A DNA stretch of 64,000 bases from Pirellulales bacterium (GTDB lineage Bacteria; Planctomycetota; Planctomycetia; Pirellulales; JAICIG01), in assembly GCA_040901675.1 (NCBI GenBank), contig JBBDYJ010000001.1:139618-203617 (forward strand). Reading direction: 5' to 3'. Made by a program: the position numbers and the translations under genes. Shown piece after piece: positions 1 to 11,031 of the stretch (positions are counted from its first letter, which is position 1; every line of letters starts with the position of its first letter). Under the pieces are notes generated by a model that worked only from the letters and a program-made list of their open reading frames with translations, did not search any database and was not told where the DNA came from.

Positions 1-506
1 TGCGCCACCGGCAGGTACATCGCGTCGATCCCGGCAAAAAACACGCACCGCCCCCCCTCCACCTTCAGCCGCACCCAACGGTCCTCGAACTTCCCCGAAT
101 CGTTCCAGGTGAGCGTGGCCGCGGGAGCGCACACCGATCGATCGGCCGGCAGGCCTCGGGCACTCTCGCAGGGCTCGTCGAGCAGAATCCCCGACTTGAT
201 CAGGATTTGAAAGCCGTTGCAGATACCCAGGATCAGCTTGCCGTCCGACTTGAACTGGCCAAGACAGTCGGCCAGGTGGTGCCGGATCTGGTTGCCCAGA
301 ATGCGGCCGGCGGCCAGGTCGTCGCCATAGCTGAAACCGCCCGGCAGGCAGAGAATCTGGTACTCGGCCATCCGCCGCGGCCTTTCCAGCACCGCCTGGA
401 TGTGCAGCCGCTCGGCCGCGGCGCCCGCCCGCTCGAAGGCAAAGGCCGTCTCCAGGTCGCAATTCGTGCCCGGCGCCCGCAGGATCAAAACGCGTGGTTG
501 GCTCAT
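1..506 (-). CDS. purQ: Phosphoribosylformylglycinamidine synthase glutaminase subunit (partial, runs off window start)
   Basis: Not in the ORF track. Hand translation from ATG at 506 gives MSQPRVLILRAPGTNCD...PGGFSYGDDL...LGICNGFQIL, the PurQ motifs; it lies directly downstream of purL. Confidence 0.95.
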   Translation of the reverse strand, partial: MSQPRVLILRAPGTNCDLETAFAFERAGAAAERLHIQAVLERPRRMAEYQILCLPGGFSYGDDLAAGRILGNQIRHHLADCLGQFKSDGKLILGICNGFQILIKSGILLDEPCESARGLPADRSVCAPAATLTWNDSGKFEDRWVRLKVEGGRCVFFAGIDAMYLPVA

Positions 507-552
507 GAATACAACAGCACCCCGTGTGTGTTTCTCGCGGGCGATTTACCCC

Positions 553-3519
553 TTACCAGGCCAGCGGCCGCTGCCAGGCCTGCTTCAAAGTGTCGATGCC
601 GGCCGAGATGACCGCCCGCTCACCATCGAACACCTCCATTCTACCGCCCTCGACTACCCGCCCGATCCTCGCGAACGGCACCTCTCCCAAGGCGGCCTCG
701 AATGCCTTCGCCGACTCCGGCCGAACTTCGCACAGGAAACGGCTGTTCGACTCGCTGAACAAAAGCACCACGCTGCCCGGTTGCTCGTGGCCGGGCACCG
801 GCGCTGCGGCCGAGCTGGATCGAAAGCGCTCCAGCTCGATCCTTACACCGAGTCCGCCGGCAAAGGCCATTTCCGCGGCCGCGACGGCCAGGCCGCCTTC
901 GCTCATGTCGTGACAGGCGCGGACCAGACCGCGGTCGATCGCCTGGTGCAGCGACTCAAACGTCCGCCGCGCCGACGGGGCATCGACCTTGGGCACTTCA
1001 CCCCCCGCGAGCGATTCGACCAAAGCGAAGTGCGACCCGCCCATCTCGTCGTTCGTGCGTCCCACCTGGTACACGAGGTTGCCGGGCTCCTTCAGGTCCA
1101 TGGTCACGGCGCGGCCGACGTCGGGCATCTGTCCCAGCGCGCTGATCAAAAGCGAAGGCGGGATGGAAATCGAAACCGGGCTGCCGTCCGGGGCCGTGTA
1201 GCGGAATTCGTTGTTCAGGCTGTCCTTGCCGCTGATGAAAGGCGTCCCCAGCGCGACAGCCACGTCGTGGCAGGCCAAGGCGGCGCGGACCAGCGAACCG
1301 AGCGTCTCGCTCTTGTCGGTGTCGCCCCAGCAGAAGTTGTCGAGGATGGCGATCCGGCCGGGGTCGGCCCCCACCGAGACGCAGTTGCGGACCGCCTCGT
1401 CGATGGCGCTGGCGGCCATGTGATACGTGTCCAGCTCGCCGTAGCGGGGGTTCATTCCCACGGCCAGCACGATGCCCCGCCGCGAGCCGAGCACGGGCCG
1501 CAGCACCGCCGCGTCGCTGGGGCCGTCGTTGGCGGCGCCCACCAGCGGCTTCACCACGCTGCCCCCCTGCACCTCGTGATCGTACTGGCGGATCACCCAT
1601 TCCTTGCTTGCCACGTTCAACGAGCCCAGGATCGCCAGCAGCGCCGGCGTGTAATCGCTGCGTGCGGACGGCGGCGAAAGCGGGCCGGCCGGAGCGGGCG
1701 CGTAAACGGCCTCGCGCACCACGCGGGGGCGGCCCTGGTGCAGAAACTCCATCGAAAGGTCGGCGACCTGCCGGCCCTGGTACTTCAGCTCCAGCCGCCC
1801 GGTCGGCACGAAGCGGCCGATCGCGGTGGCTTCGACGCCTTCGGCGGCGCACAGGGCGGCAAACTCGTCCCAGCTTTCGGGCGGCACCGCCAGCACCATC
1901 CGCTCCTGGGCTTCCGAGATCCATATCTCGGTGTACGAGAGGCCTTCGTACTTCAGGGGCACGCGGTCGAGCCAGACTTCCGCGCCGATCTCTTCGGCCA
2001 TTTCGCCCACGGCGCTGGAGAAGCCGCCGGCGCCGCAGTCGGTGATGGCGTGAAACAATCCCCGGTCGCGGGCCGCCAGGATCACGTCGAGCAGCATCTT
2101 CTCGGTGATGGCGTTGCCGATTTGCACCGCGCCGCCGGAGATCTGTTCGCTTTCGCTGGTCAATTCGGCCGAGCTGAACGTGGCTCCATGAATGCCGTCG
2201 CGGCCCGTGCGGCCGCCCACGGTCACGATGTGGTCGCCGGGCTTGGGCTCCTTGTGCGTGCGGTCGCGGGGCAGCAGGCCGGCGGTGCCGCAGTAGACGA
2301 GCGGATTGCCCAGGTACCGCGGATCGAAATAGATCGCGCCGTTCACGGTGGGGATGCCCATGCGGTTGCCGTAGTCGCGCACTCCCGCCACCACCCCCTT
2401 CATGACCCGCTTGGGGTGCAGCACGCCGGGCGGCAAGCCCTCGGCCGGCGTGTCGGGCGGTGCAAAGCAGAAGACGTCGGTATTGGCGACCGGCCGCGCG
2501 CCGAGCCCGGTGCCCAGCGGATCGCGGATCACGCCGCCGACGCCGGTGTTGGCGCCGCCATAGGGCTCCAGGGCGGAGGGATGGTTGTGCGTTTCGACCT
2601 TGAACACCACGTGGTGCCCCTCGTCGAACCGCACGACGCCCGCATTGTCGCGGAACACGCTCACGCACCAATCGTCTTTGCCCAAGCGGCGGCGGATTTG
2701 CTCGGTGGCGGCGAAGATCGTCTCCTTGAGCATGTTCTCGAACCGCCGCTCGCCCGATTCGTCCCGGTAATGGATCCGGCCCGCCAGCGTCTTGTGGCTG
2801 CAGTGTTCGCTCCAGGTCTGGGCGATCGTTTCCAGCTCGGCGTCGGTCGGATCGCGGCCCAGCCCGCGGTAATAATCGCGGATCGCCTGCATCTCGTGCA
2901 GCTTGAGATACAGTTGCCCCTCGCGGCTGAGCCGCGCGAGCCCCGCATCGTCCAGCTCGCGCAAAGCGACGTGCTGGAGCTGAAAATCGTAACTGGACCC
3001 CACCTCCAGCCGCTCCAACGCCAGCGGGCCGACCACCGCCTGCTCGATGGCCTCGTTGGAGAGCACCTTGGAACAGAGCGTTTCCAGCATCCGCTGGGCG
3101 TCGCGCTTGTCGTGCGGCAGGTTGCCGAGCCAGTATTTGCGGAACGTGCGGACCGCCTCGGCGGTGAGGCCGAAATCGGCCACGGCGGCCAGCGCGCTCT
3201 GGGCCACCGGGTCCATGACGCCCGGCCTGGGCAGCACGTGGACCACGATCGGCTCGGCGCCCGCGGCGGCCGGCGGGCTGGCCAGCACCGCCTCGCCGCA
3301 CTGGCCCACCACGGTCCGCTCGACCACCGGGTCGGAGAACAACTCGCACGCCAATCGCTCGACCTGGCGCCGATCCAGATCCCCCTGGACCAGGTATCCG
3401 TGGGCGGCCGTCACTTCGAGTTGGCTTGCCAGGCCCAAGTCGGCCGCCTCGCCGGCGACTCGGGCCGCCGCCATGTCGGGCTGGCCGGGCGCCGGATAGA
3501 TGTCAACTTGCCAGAGCAT
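553..3519 (-). CDS. purL: Phosphoribosylformylglycinamidine synthase subunit PurL, with N-terminal PurS-like extension
   Basis: Motifs [50 protein letters not shown]. Confidence 0.97.
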   Translation of the reverse strand: MLWQVDIYPAPGQPDMAAARVAGEAADLGLASQLEVTAAHGYLVQGDLDRRQVERLACELFSDPVVERTVVGQCGEAVLASPPAAAGAEPIVVHVLPRPGVMDPVAQSALAAVADFGLTAEAVRTFRKYWLGNLPHDKRDAQRMLETLCSKVLSNEAIEQAVVGPLALERLEVGSSYDFQLQHVALRELDDAGLARLSREGQLYLKLHEMQAIRDYYRGLGRDPTDAELETIAQTWSEHCSHKTLAGRIHYRDESGERRFENMLKETIFAATEQIRRRLGKDDWCVSVFRDNAGVVRFDEGHHVVFKVETHNHPSALEPYGGANTGVGGVIRDPLGTGLGARPVANTDVFCFAPPDTPAEGLPPGVLHPKRVMKGVVAGVRDYGNRMGIPTVNGAIYFDPRYLGNPLVYCGTAGLLPRDRTHKEPKPGDHIVTVGGRTGRDGIHGATFSSAELTSESEQISGGAVQIGNAITEKMLLDVILAARDRGLFHAITDCGAGGFSSAVGEMAEEIGAEVWLDRVPLKYEGLSYTEIWISEAQERMVLAVPPESWDEFAALCAAEGVEATAIGRFVPTGRLELKYQGRQVADLSMEFLHQGRPRVVREAVYAPAPAGPLSPPSARSDYTPALLAILGSLNVASKEWVIRQYDHEVQGGSVVKPLVGAANDGPSDAAVLRPVLGSRRGIVLAVGMNPRYGELDTYHMAASAIDEAVRNCVSVGADPGRIAILDNFCWGDTDKSETLGSLVRAALACHDVAVALGTPFISGKDSLNNEFRYTAPDGSPVSISIPPSLLISALGQMPDVGRAVTMDLKEPGNLVYQVGRTNDEMGGSHFALVESLAGGEVPKVDAPSARRTFESLHQAIDRGLVRACHDMSEGGLAVAAAEMAFAGGLGVRIELERFRSSSAAAPVPGHEQPGSVVLLFSESNSRFLCEVRPESAKAFEAALGEVPFARIGRVVEGGRMEVFDGERAVISAGIDTLKQAWQRPLAW

Positions 3520-4348
3520 CTCGCTTTTGCTTTCCCTCCTGGAGAATTGCCGTCAGCTTCTTCTTGTTCCCCTGCTCCAGACAGCGGCGCAGCGAGTCCA
3601 GCACCTTTTCATACCGCGCCAAGGCCGTCAAGACGTTGGCCCGGTTGCTCATGAAAATCTGCTGCCAGAGCTCCGGATCGCCGGCCGCCACGCGGGTAGT
3701 GTCGACCCAGCCGCTGGCCGTCAGCCCCAGATCGCCTTGCGGCGTCGAGGCCGCCAGGGCCGAGGCGGCCAGGTGCGGTAGGTGGCTGGTGGCGGCCAAG
3801 GCGCGGTCGTGGGCCTCGGGCGACATGCGGATCACGCGGGCGCCCAACGCGGTCCAAAACGCGTCGAGCGAGGCGAGGTCTTCCTCGCGGGTGGCGCGGG
3901 TCGGCGTGACGACCACGGTGCGATCGACGAACAAGTCGGCCGCGGCCGCCGCGGGGCCGCTCTTTTCGCTGCCGGCCAAGGGGTGGCTGCCCACGAAGCG
4001 GACTTCTCGCGACAAGGCGCCGTCGAGGGCGGCGACGATCTCGGCCTTGGTGCTGCCCACGTCGGTGATCAAGGCGCCCGGCCGGCAGACCTCGGCCGAG
4101 GCACGGGCGTCGGCGGCGATCCGTGCCACCGGCGTGCAGACGACGACCAGCTCGGCGCCGTTGACGCCCCGGGCCAGATCGAGCGTGCCCTTGGTGACCG
4201 CGCCCATCCGTTTGGCCACGCGCAAGCTGGCCTCTCGGCGAGCAATTCCCACCACCTGGCGTGCCAGGCCGCGGTCGCGCAGTCCCAGTCCGATCGACCC
4301 GCCGATCAGGCCGACCCCCACGATGGCCACGCTGTCCCACTGCTTCAT
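3503..4348 (-). CDS. tyrA: Prephenate/arogenate dehydrogenase
   Basis: Rossmann motif [10 protein letters not shown], plus [32 protein letters not shown]. Start moved to ATG 4348 (MKQWDSV). Confidence 0.92.
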   Translation of the reverse strand: MKQWDSVAIVGVGLIGGSIGLGLRDRGLARQVVGIARREASLRVAKRMGAVTKGTLDLARGVNGAELVVVCTPVARIAADARASAEVCRPGALITDVGSTKAEIVAALDGALSREVRFVGSHPLAGSEKSGPAAAAADLFVDRTVVVTPTRATREEDLASLDAFWTALGARVIRMSPEAHDRALAATSHLPHLAASALAASTPQGDLGLTASGWVDTTRVAAGDPELWQQIFMSNRANVLTALARYEKVLDSLRRCLEQGNKKKLTAILQEGKQKRDALAS

Positions 4349-4436
4349 CGAGATCGCGCCGGTTGCAAGTGCGGGTGAACCTGGATTGTAGCATGGTGCG
4401 GGCCGAGTTTCACCCGGCCGTGCCGGCGGGTGTGTC

Positions 4437-4721
4437 CTAACAATGAGTTGCTGGGGAAATAGCGGCGACCTCGCCGAAACGCCATCGGGGCTTTGCGCAA
4501 CCCTCCTTTGTCTGCGGCGCCTTGTACGGGTTCTCGCCCTGGCGGTCATCGGGATGGTCGGGTGGGGTCATGGGGGTGCAGTACGGACGTTCGGGCTCCT
4601 GGCGCGGAGGCGTGCCATAGATAGAAAGCCCGATTCCGCAAAGAACCACAAGGCCCAGCATGGCCGCCGCCGCGGTCAGCCAGAACAACGTCCGCAGGCG
4701 GAATTGGAAGGGGCGGGCCAT
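4437..4721 (-). CDS. Small hypothetical membrane protein (Planctomycete-type FQFxLRTL N-terminus)
   Basis: MARPFQFRLRTLFWLTAAAAMLGLVVLCGIG: basic motif followed by one hydrophobic segment. Confidence 0.5.
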   Translation of the reverse strand: MARPFQFRLRTLFWLTAAAAMLGLVVLCGIGLSIYGTPPRQEPERPYCTPMTPPDHPDDRQGENPYKAPQTKEGCAKPRWRFGEVAAISPATHC

Positions 4722-5072
4722 GGGGTTCAGCTTAGCGGGCGCCGGGGTGGCAGGAAAGAAAATCAGCCACCGAGGGGCAGGCCCCGGTGGCTGCTGTGCC
4801 ATTGGCACCCATTCCATGCCTTGCCGCGATGCCACGCTGCCCGCACCGCTTTCCGGCCCCTGTCGGCCGCGCCATCATGCCGGTGGGCCGTGGTCAGCCC
4901 GCAAATGGGGTTTGACCGGCATCCTCAAACTTTTGGGGCGGTCTTCAACCTCAGCTTCTCGGATCGCCGAAAGTTGCGCAGAATGCCAGGCTTGACTGCG
5001 GGATTCTGAATTGGTACATGAACGAGTAGCCGATGTAGTCACCCAACACTAAAAAAGATCCGTGTCGACGCC

Positions 5073-6296
5073 ATGAACACCTCTCTCCATGCTGTGCGCC
5101 GGTCGTTACTTTCGTTCGTCGTGGCCGCCAGCACTCTTAGCACTGCGCGGGGAGATGAGCCGCCGGCCCTGGGAACGACCCTTGTACCAAGCGGCCCTCC
5201 GCTACGCGCGCAGACGAAAGTGGTGGTAGACAACACGCGCAAGGCGGCTAAAGGACTCACCGAGACTTTCACGGTTCTCAGCGACCTTGCGGGGACTTTA
5301 AGGCTTCAGCGCCGATTGAAAGAAATGAAGCCTGAAATCGAGGCGAAGATGCCGAAGTCAGGTGGCGTATTAGTTATTGCCTACATTGACGAGACACGTA
5401 TTGGGGAAGGCACGATGCGATCACTGCGGTCAGTGCGCATTGAGGGCGCTTACGCGTCAGAGAGCGAAGCCAAGGCTGACTTAGCAAGACCTAAGCTCAC
5501 TGCACCGACAGGCCCGCCCGCACAAAGAATCACAGAGCCAAACCCATTTATCACAACTACTCCTCGCTATTTTTGGTTTCGATCCCCAGTTTCCATACCA
5601 TCACTTGCCAAACCGAAGGATCTGACCGACGCCGAATCAAAAACAAAACAGCTCTTATCGACGGCAACTCAGCTCTACCAGAGCGAGACTGCACGTCTCG
5701 ATGCTGAATGGGAAGCCATTGATGCCGAAAACAACAAGTTGAATGACCTGCGTGTCAAACACGGCGGCAAAACCAGCACACCTGACGAAGTTGCAGAACG
5801 AGGACAACAAGAGTTAGCGAGGTGGCAAGCATACGAACGCCATGCCATCGAGGCAGAAAGAGCTGCAGCAAACAATACCAGACAATCCGCGGCGGCCGAA
5901 CATGCAGCAGCTGCAGCCATGGCGAACGAGCGCTGTCCAGCAGGGGTTACTTACGAGGAGTGCGAGGTACATCACGATTGGAAGGCCGCATACCGCAACC
6001 GGCTGGCAGCACATCAGTCACGAGCAGCTCAACTTGATTCGCAAGCGAATCAGCGAGCAGCGGCGGCCGACGCCCGCCAAGCAAGAGTTGATGAGAGCAA
6101 GAAGAACCGGCAGCGGGCCATACACGCGAGGATGGCGGAGGCGGAGGCGAACAAAGCCGCCATTGAGAGTTTAAGGCAGCAAGAGGAGGCATTTCGCCAG
6201 CGATTGGCCGAATTTGACGCGGAAGAGGAAGCTGTTCGCCAGTTAGAACAGACCGCTAAGCAAATCGAGTTGCAATTATCGAAGAGGTCCGGTTGA
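5073..6296 (+). CDS. Hypothetical secreted protein with long coiled-coil C-terminal half
   Basis: 407-aa ORF, Sec-type signal (LLSFVVAASTLSTARG|DE), A/E/Q/R-rich heptad region, lower-GC codon usage. Confidence 0.75.
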   Translation: MNTSLHAVRRSLLSFVVAASTLSTARGDEPPALGTTLVPSGPPLRAQTKVVVDNTRKAAKGLTETFTVLSDLAGTLRLQRRLKEMKPEIEAKMPKSGGVLVIAYIDETRIGEGTMRSLRSVRIEGAYASESEAKADLARPKLTAPTGPPAQRITEPNPFITTTPRYFWFRSPVSIPSLAKPKDLTDAESKTKQLLSTATQLYQSETARLDAEWEAIDAENNKLNDLRVKHGGKTSTPDEVAERGQQELARWQAYERHAIEAERAAANNTRQSAAAEHAAAAAMANERCPAGVTYEECEVHHDWKAAYRNRLAAHQSRAAQLDSQANQRAAAADARQARVDESKKNRQRAIHARMAEAEANKAAIESLRQQEEAFRQRLAEFDAEEEAVRQLEQTAKQIELQLSKRSG

Positions 6297-6310
6297 TCAG
6301 GAGTTGTTCC

Positions 6311-7552
6311 ATGGTCCGTATCTTAAGGATATCTCTAATTCTCCTCGCGTTGTTGTCAACCGCAGCAAATGCGCAAGATGGCGATTTTCAATTTACAGCC
6401 GACGGACGAGTACAACGAAATGCCACTGGCCGAGCGCTCAGGTGGGAAACTGCGGGGCGCGTGTTTGCCCTCGATAAGACATCGGCCGAGAAGCAGGCAA
6501 ATGAAGTTGTTGATGAGTTCCTCAAAACAAACTACCCGCAATGGACTGAAGTACCGGGCTCGCGAAGGATGTCGCTCGGACCAACTCGAAATACTGGCGC
6601 GAATGCTCACCATACTACGCTCCGAATGCATGTCACTTGCTTAGGAGCGATCGTTCGGGACAAGCCGGTGCTTACGATTATGACCTGGGATATCATAACT
6701 GAAGAGGAAGTAATTGATCGTTTCACCCTTCGAATTATTGTGATCAAAGACGGCGAAGAACGTGTGCACGAAGGAGAAGTAGTAACGATTGGACGCGGCA
6801 AGGAAGGAGAATTTGGTCGTTGGTTCGATGTATGGTCGGGGGACTTTGTCGAAGGGGACCTGGAACCCGTATTCACCTTTCGCGTCCTGCAAAAGGATGT
6901 GCCAGAAGTCGGCCCCTATGTCGCTCCAAAGGTCCCCAATCCGGCGGACCCTAATGATGGATTCACTGAGGTTGGAACCTTTCGCGTCCGGCTCCGACAC
7001 GAAGTGCAAAAACTTGTGGCTGATTGGGAACGCGAATCGAACGTTACCACCCCGTCCCGGCCGCGCCCGGGACCGGGCCTTCTGTCTCAAAGGTTCATCG
7101 TCGAGGCACCCGAAACCGTGCCTTTTGGCATCTCTGTTTACGCAGAGAAAAAAGCCGATGCCGACGCTGAGCGCGAGAAGGCTTTAGAGGCTGCTCGCGC
7201 CAAAGATGAACAGATGAGGAAAAAGCTAGACGCGGCAGGTCGCGACATAAAGGTATATACCGGATCGGTTGAAGGGACAGATGGTGGATCTCGAGTTGGC
7301 GTCGGGGCACTAGTTGTCGCTTCAGCTAACGTACCGGCGGCTGAAGAATACTTAGCACGAGAGTTTCCTGGACAACGAGAGCGAGGGACCGCCATCGCTG
7401 TATCGAGCGAGGAGGAGGCCAAGAAGTTCCTAATTGAGCGGTTTAAAGCTTCATTTCCCAATGGACAGCCGGGCGAACCTCGACTCACTGTTAAGACGAG
7501 GCGAACTATGCTCGATAGGCTTCAGGAAGTGCCTGGCCGAAGACGCCGATGA
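6311..7552 (+). CDS. Hypothetical secreted protein
   Basis: ATG at 6311 gives signal peptide MVRILRISLILLALLSTAANA|Q; 14 nt after the previous stop; long ORF in lower-GC DNA. Confidence 0.75.
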   Translation: MVRILRISLILLALLSTAANAQDGDFQFTADGRVQRNATGRALRWETAGRVFALDKTSAEKQANEVVDEFLKTNYPQWTEVPGSRRMSLGPTRNTGANAHHTTLRMHVTCLGAIVRDKPVLTIMTWDIITEEEVIDRFTLRIIVIKDGEERVHEGEVVTIGRGKEGEFGRWFDVWSGDFVEGDLEPVFTFRVLQKDVPEVGPYVAPKVPNPADPNDGFTEVGTFRVRLRHEVQKLVADWERESNVTTPSRPRPGPGLLSQRFIVEAPETVPFGISVYAEKKADADAEREKALEAARAKDEQMRKKLDAAGRDIKVYTGSVEGTDGGSRVGVGALVVASANVPAAEEYLAREFPGQRERGTAIAVSSEEEAKKFLIERFKASFPNGQPGEPRLTVKTRRTMLDRLQEVPGRRRR

Positions 7553-7799
7553 TTAAGAATGGTATTTGCGTGCACACGGTACAGCAGGTCCTCAGCGAGG
7601 CGATAGCTTTTCTGTAACTAAATTCATGGTCCGAGAGATGAATTTGGCCGATGCTGTTGCATGGTTCGCTCATAACAAAACCGCCGTGACAAGGCAACTG
7701 TGCCGAGACATTGACCCCTCGGCCCTCGCGGACGTTGCGACACGTTTGTTCGCACTCAAGGGAACCGCACCGGAGCGGGCAGATCTGGCCGCGATAGGG

Positions 7800-7842
7800 C
7801 CGCGGAAAGGGGATAGCCGCGGAAAGGGGATAAGTCCAATAT
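7800..7842. repeat. Tandem CCGCGGAAAGGGGATA x2 and first copy of the 19-mer AAGGGGATAAGTCCAATAT (7824-7842)
   Basis: Read directly; an identical 19-mer occurs at 10897-10915. Confidence 0.85.
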
Positions 7843-8178
7843 TCGTCCACGATCGGCCTATCCGAGGGAGGGCCAAAGGGGGCGCGACGAAAGCGCCGGT
7901 GAAAAACCGGCAGGGAGGCGATGCGATCGGGTGCGCAACTTTATTGTCGCCCACTTCGGGGCTCAAGACGGGCGCGTTGGTTCGCAAACCGGGGGCTTAC
8001 GCCGCCCGGCTATTGACTACCGCCCGCTTCGCGGGCTAAAGAGGGACGAAACGTGCCTGACGATTCCCGAAATCATCGCGACTATCGCTCGATTTCAGCG
8101 AGTCGCGTGCGACACGCAGAAGCGGGCGACGGCGCGCTATACGAGACCAGACCTTGCCTCGTCCGGCGCGGCGGCCGC

Positions 8179-10159
8179 GATGATGTGGCCGGTCGCGCTG
8201 GCGGAAACGAGCCCGCTCAATGTCGCGCGGACTTTTGTCTACAATAGTGCTGACGAGCTGACCAGCGTCACGGACCGCAATGGCCGCCAGCGGACGTTCG
8301 CCCGCGACAACATGGGGCGGGTCACGGCGGAGGAGTGGCTGGACGCCGCCCAGACCCCGATCCACACGATCAGCTACGTCCACGATGCGGCCAGCCAGTT
8401 GACCAGCGTCTCGGACGCCTATTCTTCGTACGCTTTCGGTTATAATGATGCCGGCTGGGTGACGAGCGAAGACAACAGCGGCACGCCTGGAATGCCCAAC
8501 GTGGTCCTGACGCACGGCTACAACCCGTTCGGCGAGCGGACCAGCCGCTCGGACAATCTGGGCGGCTCGACGGCCTTCACGTTCGACCAGGCGCACCGCA
8601 TGACAGGCGCCACGCTGACCGTGGGCAGCAACACCGCGCAGGTGGCTTGGACGTATGACAACGCGGACCGTTTGATGCGCATCACGCGCAATGGCATGGG
8701 ATCGGAGGTCTGGACCGACATCACGCTGGACAACATGGACCGCGTGAAGCGGATCGCGCACTCCAGCTACGCGAAGGGGATGATGTTCGGCAACCCGGCC
8801 TTGAGCGCGTTCGACTACACCTGGAACGCAGCCTCGGAAATCACCAACTACACCGGCCCCGAGGGCACGCTCAACTATAGTTATGACACGACCAGCCAAC
8901 TCACGGCGACGAGCGGTGCCCGTGCGGAGGCCTACAGTTACGACCTGAATGGCAACCGCACGATGGCCGGTTATTCGACCGGCACGGGCAATCGGCTTTT
9001 GTCGGACGGCGTGTACAACTACACGCACGACAACGAAGGAAACCTCACAGTCCAGGTCCGCATCTCCGACAACCAGCGGACCGAGTTCACCTGGGACCAT
9101 CGCAACCGCCTGACCAAGGCATTGGTCAAGGACTCCGGCGGCGCCACGATCCGTGAAGCGCGCTTCACGTATGACGTTCTTGATCGGCTCATCGGCCGCT
9201 GGGTCGATATGGACGGGGCGGGGCCGCAGGCGCCTGTCCAGACCCGGCACGCCTATGACGGCGCGAACCCCTACGCCGATTTTAACAGCGCCGGGTCGCT
9301 GACCAACCGCTACTTCTACGGGGCGGCCATCGACGAGCTGTTGGGACGGATGTCGTCATCCGGGGTGGTCGACTGGTACATGACCGACCTCATCGGTTCC
9401 GTTCGCCAGATCGTGAACAAGATGGGCACAAGCACGCTGCACACGGCCAACTACGATTCGTTCGGGAACATCGCCAGCCAGACCGGGACCGGCGACCGCT
9501 TCAAGTACGCGGCCCGCGAGTTGGAGGCGGCGATTGACCAGTACCACAATCGTGCCCGCTGGTACGATCCGCGGGTGGGCCGGTTTACGAGCGAGGATCC
9601 GATCGGGTTCGAGGCGGGCGATGCAAACCTGTTCCGGTACGTGGGCAACAACCCCACGGGTCATACCGACCCGAGTGGAAAAGCCGATGCCGCTGTGCTG
9701 ACCATGGCGACGTACTACACGACTAGTGGGTTCGCTGTCCCTGCATCTGCTACAGCCGCCGCCGCTACTGTCGCAACCACTGGTGCGGCGGTAGGCGCAT
9801 TTGCTGGCGGTTATTATATCGGCAGCCAAGCCGCACCATATACGAGTGTTCCATTGGCTACGATCACAACAGAGGGATACTACGGATGGAAGTATGGCGA
9901 TTTAAGTAAGCCATCGGATTGGGCACTTGCTAAGGCCAACGAAGAGCCTACGCCCCTACAAACGGGCGGGCACACCATTAAGGAATCGACGGCCAAGGAA
10001 CTCGGACTCCCAAAGGAAAAGGTAAAGCAGGCTGTCGAAGGTATCAAATACGACCACGGCCTACCAAAGAACCATCAGGGGAAGATAATGAGTAACGGCG
10101 ATTACGTTGATGCCCACACCGGCGAGAATTTCGGCAACATCTACGACTATGCCCCCTGA
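8179..10159 (+). CDS. Rhs/YD-repeat polymorphic toxin, apparently N-terminally truncated (start uncertain; ORF open from 7931)
   Basis: YD repeats from ~8227; Rhs core end RWYDPRVGRFTSEDPIGFEAGDANLFRYVGNNPTGHTDPSG; variable C-terminus from 9680. Confidence 0.92.
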
Positions 10160-10165
10160 CAGTCA

Positions 10166-10618
10166 ATGGACAATATGGAACTGCAAGATCTGGGGCCTGA
10201 CATTTGCAAGACCGCCGGGGTGATGTTTAGTATTCGCGGAGACCAAGTCGTACCTAACACAATTACGTCGCTTTTGGGTGTCACGCCCTCTTACGCATTT
10301 GCAAAGGGAGATGAGTTTCGCAGCGCTTCAGGGATTCATCGCCGAGGGTCTGGGGTCTGGCAGTTGCGGAGCGAGGGGGCAGTTCAATCGACTGACCTCG
10401 AGGTTCACGCAGGTTTCATCCTTCAGCAACTCGAACCAAAACGGGACATTATTGCAACGTATGTTAATAGCGCTGAGTACTTCGTATGCGTGCGAGTTCG
10501 CTGTGAAATGTTTGAGCAGGTCGGCAGCTTCGGCTTTTCGAGTAACATGCTCGCTAGACTTAGCTCGCTTTGCGAGGAAGTGATCTTTACGTTTATCGCA
10601 AATTGTGGCGAAAGCTAA
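10166..10618 (+). CDS. Probable cognate immunity protein, DUF4279-like
   Basis: Starts 6 nt after the toxin stop; pattern FSIRG..VPNTITSLLGVTPS...KGD...GVWQL..DLE.H...IL.QLEP resembles DUF4279. Confidence 0.7.
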   Translation: MDNMELQDLGPDICKTAGVMFSIRGDQVVPNTITSLLGVTPSYAFAKGDEFRSASGIHRRGSGVWQLRSEGAVQSTDLEVHAGFILQQLEPKRDIIATYVNSAEYFVCVRVRCEMFEQVGSFGFSSNMLARLSSLCEEVIFTFIANCGES

Positions 10619-10896
10619 CCGAACCGGTTAGCCGGTCTTATTCACCGCCGGTTAAAGGTTCCAGGAACGAATGGCACTGTCGCTTGTGGCGCAAGGACTT
10701 GGGGTGGGCGGGACGTTCGGCGGCAGAAACGGGCGGCTGCGGGGAGCGAACCCGACACACCTCGACGGTGCGTTTGACTTAAGCGCTCAATTGAGGCGTG
10801 CGAGCGATTGATCTTGGTCACGGAACCTTCCCTGGTCTATCATTCGCTCACACGAGACCTTCCTTGGCGGGGTGCACGCATGCCATTGAGCCGGAT

Positions 10897-10915
10897 AAGG
10901 GGATAAGTCCAATAT
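10897..10915. repeat. Second copy of 19-mer AAGGGGATAAGTCCAATAT
   Basis: Identical to 7824-7842, same orientation. Confidence 0.85.
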
Positions 10916-11031
10916 CCGGCCTTCCGCACCATCCGTGGCGTTTCGGCGGGACGAGTATCCCCGGCTGGCGACCGTTATTCTATGCGCCGGCACGCAAGCG
11001 GCGTATTCGTTGGGATGCCTCATCGGCCGCG

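Noticed and set aside
400..3654. 1084-aa + strand ORF, and similar long ORFs such as 47026..49464, 59721..62108 and 40869..43109
   Set aside because: Antisense or alternate-frame shadows of well-supported genes, expected in high-GC DNA; no motifs.
7566..8039. ORF with a weak HTH-like stretch, possibly a transposase remnant
   Set aside because: No catalytic HUH or DDE motif, and it runs into repeat DNA; too weak to call.
10614..10632. GCTAACCG-AAC-CGGTTAGC hairpin at the immunity stop, resembling attC core sites
   Set aside because: Only 19 bp, far shorter than attC sites; no L boxes or integrase; no U-tract for a terminator.
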